From Candidatus Altiarchaeota archaeon (lineage in GTDB: Archaea > Altiarchaeota > Altiarchaeia > IMC4 > SCGC-AAA252-I15), in contig JBDRLL010000035.1 of NCBI GenBank assembly GCA_043813075.1, positions 1 to 49,362 on the forward strand: a stretch of DNA of 49,362 bases, read 5' to 3'. How positions within the stretch are numbered: position 1 is the stretch's first letter; every line of letters starts with the position of its first letter. The notes beneath the pieces are model-generated. The model made no database searches, was not told where the DNA came from, and saw only the letters and a program-made list of their open reading frames with translations. A program made the position numbers and the translations under genes. Below are positions 46,211 to 49,362 of this stretch, one piece after another.

Positions 46211-47377
46211 ATGGCAAGCAAGGGAGGATTAAGGTCTGCGGGAGGCAGCCCGGTCAGGCAGGGGCTCTCACCATTAGTCAAGGCTGTGTCGATGGTCGCA
46301 GAGCTCATAATGTGGGCGGTGAACATCATCCTCATCGCGGTGCTGCTCTTCTTCAGGGTGATCAGCAGGTACGTGCGGATGATAATGGTCTACATACCGC
46401 ACATAGTCAGCAGGATACTGCCCAGGACCACTGAGAACTACATGAACCAGTACCTGACTTACGCAGGCGTCCAGATGACCGGAGACGAGATAGTCAGCAT
46501 GACCCTCGTCTACAGCGTGGTGGTCACGATAGTCGCCTACCTGATTGCGATAATATTCAACGCGCCGCCGTACGTCGTCGGCTCGGCGGTAGCGATAACC
46601 TTCGTGGGCATATGGATGCTGCCGTACGTAGCGATAACAATGCTCATAAACAAGAGGGCTGAGAGCGTTGAATCGGTACTGCCGGACGTGCTGAACATGG
46701 TGTCGCAAAACATGATATCAGGCATGACATCCTACAACGCACTCTGGAGCGCTGCGAGGCCTGAATTCGGGCCGCTTGCTGAGGAGATACAGAACGTGGC
46801 GCGTTCGACGCTTACTGGCGTGCCGTTGACTGACGCGTTGCTGTCGCTCACAAACCATGTGAATTCGGAAAAGCTGGATAGGAGCATCAGGCTTGTAATA
46901 CAGGGCATGAAGTCCGGGGGAGACCTGCCTGAAGTCCTGCAGGGGATTTCGAAGGACATGCGGGCGGAATACAATCTTAAGAAGCAGATGGCTGCTGAAA
47001 CGAGCGCTCACGCGATATTCATATTGTTCGCCATATTCATGGGCGCGCCACTGCTGTTCTCAGTCTCACTCCAGTTCGTCACGATATTCTACACGCTCAT
47101 GTCCAAGCTCAACATATCCGAGGTGCAGGAGATAGCGCCGGAAAGCATGATATCCCTGACTGGCATGTCGATCACCCCAGACTTCTTCTACCTGTACTGC
47201 ATGGTCATACTGTTCATCTCAGGATTCTTCGGCGCGTTCCTGATAGGCATATTAAGGACAGGCAAACCCATATCAGGGATACCCAGCATACCGGTTATGA
47301 CCATTGGACCGATCGTCGTCTTCGTGGTCATGAGGATGGTCTTAGAGTCCTTCTTCTCCGGATTGTTTGTGATATGA
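46211..47377 (+). CDS. TadC-like (T2SS F family) pilus platform protein
   Basis: VESVLPDVL.MV..NM.SGMT..NAL...ARPEFGPLAEE, GMKSGGDL. Confidence 0.9.
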   Translation: MASKGGLRSAGGSPVRQGLSPLVKAVSMVAELIMWAVNIILIAVLLFFRVISRYVRMIMVYIPHIVSRILPRTTENYMNQYLTYAGVQMTGDEIVSMTLVYSVVVTIVAYLIAIIFNAPPYVVGSAVAITFVGIWMLPYVAITMLINKRAESVESVLPDVLNMVSQNMISGMTSYNALWSAARPEFGPLAEEIQNVARSTLTGVPLTDALLSLTNHVNSEKLDRSIRLVIQGMKSGGDLPEVLQGISKDMRAEYNLKKQMAAETSAHAIFILFAIFMGAPLLFSVSLQFVTIFYTLMSKLNISEVQEIAPESMISLTGMSITPDFFYLYCMVILFISGFFGAFLIGILRTGKPISGIPSIPVMTIGPIVVFVVMRMVLESFFSGLFVI

Positions 47378-47433
47378 ATTTTTTATACCATAACGTCCAA
47401 TAAGATGCTACATCAAGATACAGGTGTTGTCAG

Positions 47434-47916
47434 ATGGTAGGTGTTAAGGCCCAGGGTTCGATGGAATATATCATGACCTACGGATGGGCGATACTAGTCG
47501 TGAGCATTGTCGGGATAGTCATGTGGCAGATGGGAGTGCTTGATTCAGGCAAGGTCTCCATGACTTCAACGGGATTCTCGAGGATTAAGCCCCAATTATC
47601 CGGCACCGGACTCACTGCGGGAGGGATGTTCACGGGAGTGTTCACAAACGGGGCAGGCACCGAGATCTATCTGGACGTGGAGGATAGTGTCGTGAACATA
47701 ACGAAGACTTCAGCAGCGTGCGGGACACCATCGATATCACATGGCAGCAACCCCATACCCGCGGGGGGGAATTTTGCGATAGTCGCATTAGGGTGCGAGA
47801 CCGGAAACCAGGGGGACACCTTCAAGCTGACGGTTTCCATAAAGTACAATACGAGTGTCGGAGACGTCTGGATCGATAAGATTGACGGTGGAGTCATAAG
47901 CGGCGTGAGGGAATGA
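47434..47916 (+). CDS. archaeal type IV pilin (class III signal peptide)
   Basis: KA|QGSMEYIMTYGWAILVV followed by a hydrophobic helix. Confidence 0.88.
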   Translation: MVGVKAQGSMEYIMTYGWAILVVSIVGIVMWQMGVLDSGKVSMTSTGFSRIKPQLSGTGLTAGGMFTGVFTNGAGTEIYLDVEDSVVNITKTSAACGTPSISHGSNPIPAGGNFAIVALGCETGNQGDTFKLTVSIKYNTSVGDVWIDKIDGGVISGVRE

Positions 47917-48654
47917 TCAGCGTGAGTGCCCGGCCAGAATATCCCCCATCCTATCGACATGCTTGCTGGTGAATGCTGACTCGGATTTTGTCTTGACTAT
48001 GTGTTCTGCCAGTCCGACAGGCCTTATGATGGTTACTGTCTGGTTTTTTAGGTTGAGTGCTGCATCTTTGTTGGTGAACACGAGTATGCCGTGAACCCAT
48101 ATGTGAGGCGCCTTCCTGCCGAATATCTCCTTCTGGTGCTGGAGTATGAAGTCCTTCAGCACCTTAGCGTTCCTCTTGACCTGGTTGCTGGGGCTTCCGA
48201 TAGCGAGGCTATATTCACTTCCACCACGGCCTATCTTTCTCCTAGACCATTCGTCCCCGTCGCATGTTATCTCGCCACCATAGTTCTTGGTCTCTATCAC
48301 GAAGATGCCGTTCCGTCCAATGACTATGTGGTCAGTGTCCCCGTGGTTGGGGGGTATCACGACTTCGCTCACAACAGCATATGTGTCGTCCAGCATGCTG
48401 AGCGCTGACCTGACTTCCTCCTCACCCTGTAAGCCGCCAAGCCAGAGCATGTAGTTCTTGTAGGCGAATATGCCGAGCGCGTACGATAGGGGAATTAGTA
48501 TGAGCCCGATTGATGCGTAGGGGAATACATTCATTATGAACAAGAGGAAGGCCAGGGCTAGGAGGGTGAAAAACAGCAGGATACGGCTCCTGTTGAGGTG
48601 CAAGTTTCTCCAAACGTACTTGGAACCCCTATTTTCACGCAAAAAACGGGCCAT
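47917..48654 (-). CDS. membrane-anchored NERD-domain nuclease
   Basis: Two TM segments, then GLQGEEEV...DTDHIVIGRNGIFVIETKNYGG, SPSNQ. Confidence 0.88.
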   Translation of the reverse strand: MARFLRENRGSKYVWRNLHLNRSRILLFFTLLALAFLLFIMNVFPYASIGLILIPLSYALGIFAYKNYMLWLGGLQGEEEVRSALSMLDDTYAVVSEVVIPPNHGDTDHIVIGRNGIFVIETKNYGGEITCDGDEWSRRKIGRGGSEYSLAIGSPSNQVKRNAKVLKDFILQHQKEIFGRKAPHIWVHGILVFTNKDAALNLKNQTVTIIRPVGLAEHIVKTKSESAFTSKHVDRMGDILAGHSR

Positions 48655-48760
48655 AGTATTGTTTATATACCGTATAAATCAATTAGTTTATTGCATGTAT
48701 TAAAGTACATGCGTTGGCTGGCTGAATATGAGTCAACCAAAAAAGATGAGGTGAAAAAAC
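48655..48760. promoter_or_regulatory. divergent promoter region and strong ribosome-binding site of the pilin gene
   Basis: TTTATATA and TATAAA boxes at about 48662-48678; GAGGTGA just upstream of ATG 48761. Confidence 0.5.
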
Positions 48761-49243
48761 ATGTTTGGAAATAAGGGACAAGGTGCCATGGAGTACCTTA
48801 TGACGTACGGCTGGGCTATTCTCGTCGTAATGATTGTGGGAATAGTCATGTGGCAGCTCGGTATCTTTAGTATGGGTACCACGACTGTCACCGCAAGCGG
48901 GTTTGCTAAAATCAAGCCACAGCTTGCAGGAACTGGATTGGCTAGCGGAGGAACATTCACAGGAGTGTTCACCAACGGCGTGGGAACGACAATCAACATT
49001 GACCTAGCAAGTTCCGTGATAAACGAGACAAGTACCAGCGCTGCTTGCGCGACACCGACGCTTTCCGCCGGAACAAACCCGATTTCAGCGGGAGACAACT
49101 TCGCTCTGACGGCAACCGGTTGTGGAACAGGTAACACGGGAGACGTGTACTCGCTGGACGTTTCGATAGCGTACAACGTGACCATCGGAACAGTAGTCAC
49201 AGACCACACCGAGTCTGGTTCAATAAGAGGACCAAGGGAATAA
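48761..49243 (+). CDS. archaeal type IV pilin, probably the major pilin
   Basis: KG|QGAMEYLMTYGWAILVV; has its own promoter, strong ribosome-binding site and T-rich terminator. Confidence 0.9.
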   Translation: MFGNKGQGAMEYLMTYGWAILVVMIVGIVMWQLGIFSMGTTTVTASGFAKIKPQLAGTGLASGGTFTGVFTNGVGTTINIDLASSVINETSTSAACATPTLSAGTNPISAGDNFALTATGCGTGNTGDVYSLDVSIAYNVTIGTVVTDHTESGSIRGPRE

Positions 49244-49256
49244 ACCCGGTCAAATC

Positions 49257-49283
49257 CTCTTTCTTTTTTTATTTTTTCTTATT
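49257..49283 (+). terminator. oligo-T terminator
   Basis: T-rich run directly after the pilin stop codon. Confidence 0.55.
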
Positions 49284-49299
49284 ATAATAACTCTTAAAG

Positions 49300-49362
49300 A
49301 TGCCTGAAAAACACAATAAAGCCCAAGCCTCCATCGAATACCTCATGACCTACGGCTGGGCC
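49300..49362 (+). CDS. third class III signal-peptide pilin, truncated by the window end
   Basis: MPEKHNKA|QASIEYLMTYGWA. Confidence 0.8.
   Translation, partial: MPEKHNKAQASIEYLMTYGWA

Noticed and set aside
43526-49362. Archaellum operon
   Set aside because: No archaellin-type N-termini or arlH/F/G genes; two TadC-like genes and QxxxE pilins indicate a type IV pilus

Overview
Archaeal chromosomal segment. The archaeal markers are tfb, gar1, hjc, CTP-dependent ribK, a BHB-type tRNA intron and class III signal-peptide pilins. The many Thr-rich and Cys-rich surface proteins and EYLMTYGWA pilins look Altiarchaeota/DPANN-like, but that assignment is inference only. The window opens inside an intron-containing tRNA-Leu. 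Its 3' end is immediately duplicated, and the copy is interrupted by a 54-bp double-hairpin element. A small element-like island follows (AbrB-like gene plus tiny ORFs), then a CPA2 antiporter, surface proteins (one with an embedded pilin domain) and a divergent locus of small peptides versus a methyltransferase and two regulators. The middle holds housekeeping genes (M42 peptidase, thyX, gar1-tfb, ribK, AMMECR1, coaC, nadA, hjc, mscS, argS). Near the end are a four-gene operon (1736-aa SNAP/TPR-Ig-DUF835 protein, MoxR AAA+, beta-propeller/TPR membrane protein, membrane wHTH protein) with no VWA partner, and a type IV pilus locus (two accessory proteins, ATPase, two TadC-like proteins, at least three pilins, NERD nuclease). 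All family calls come from motifs read by eye; no database searches were run.
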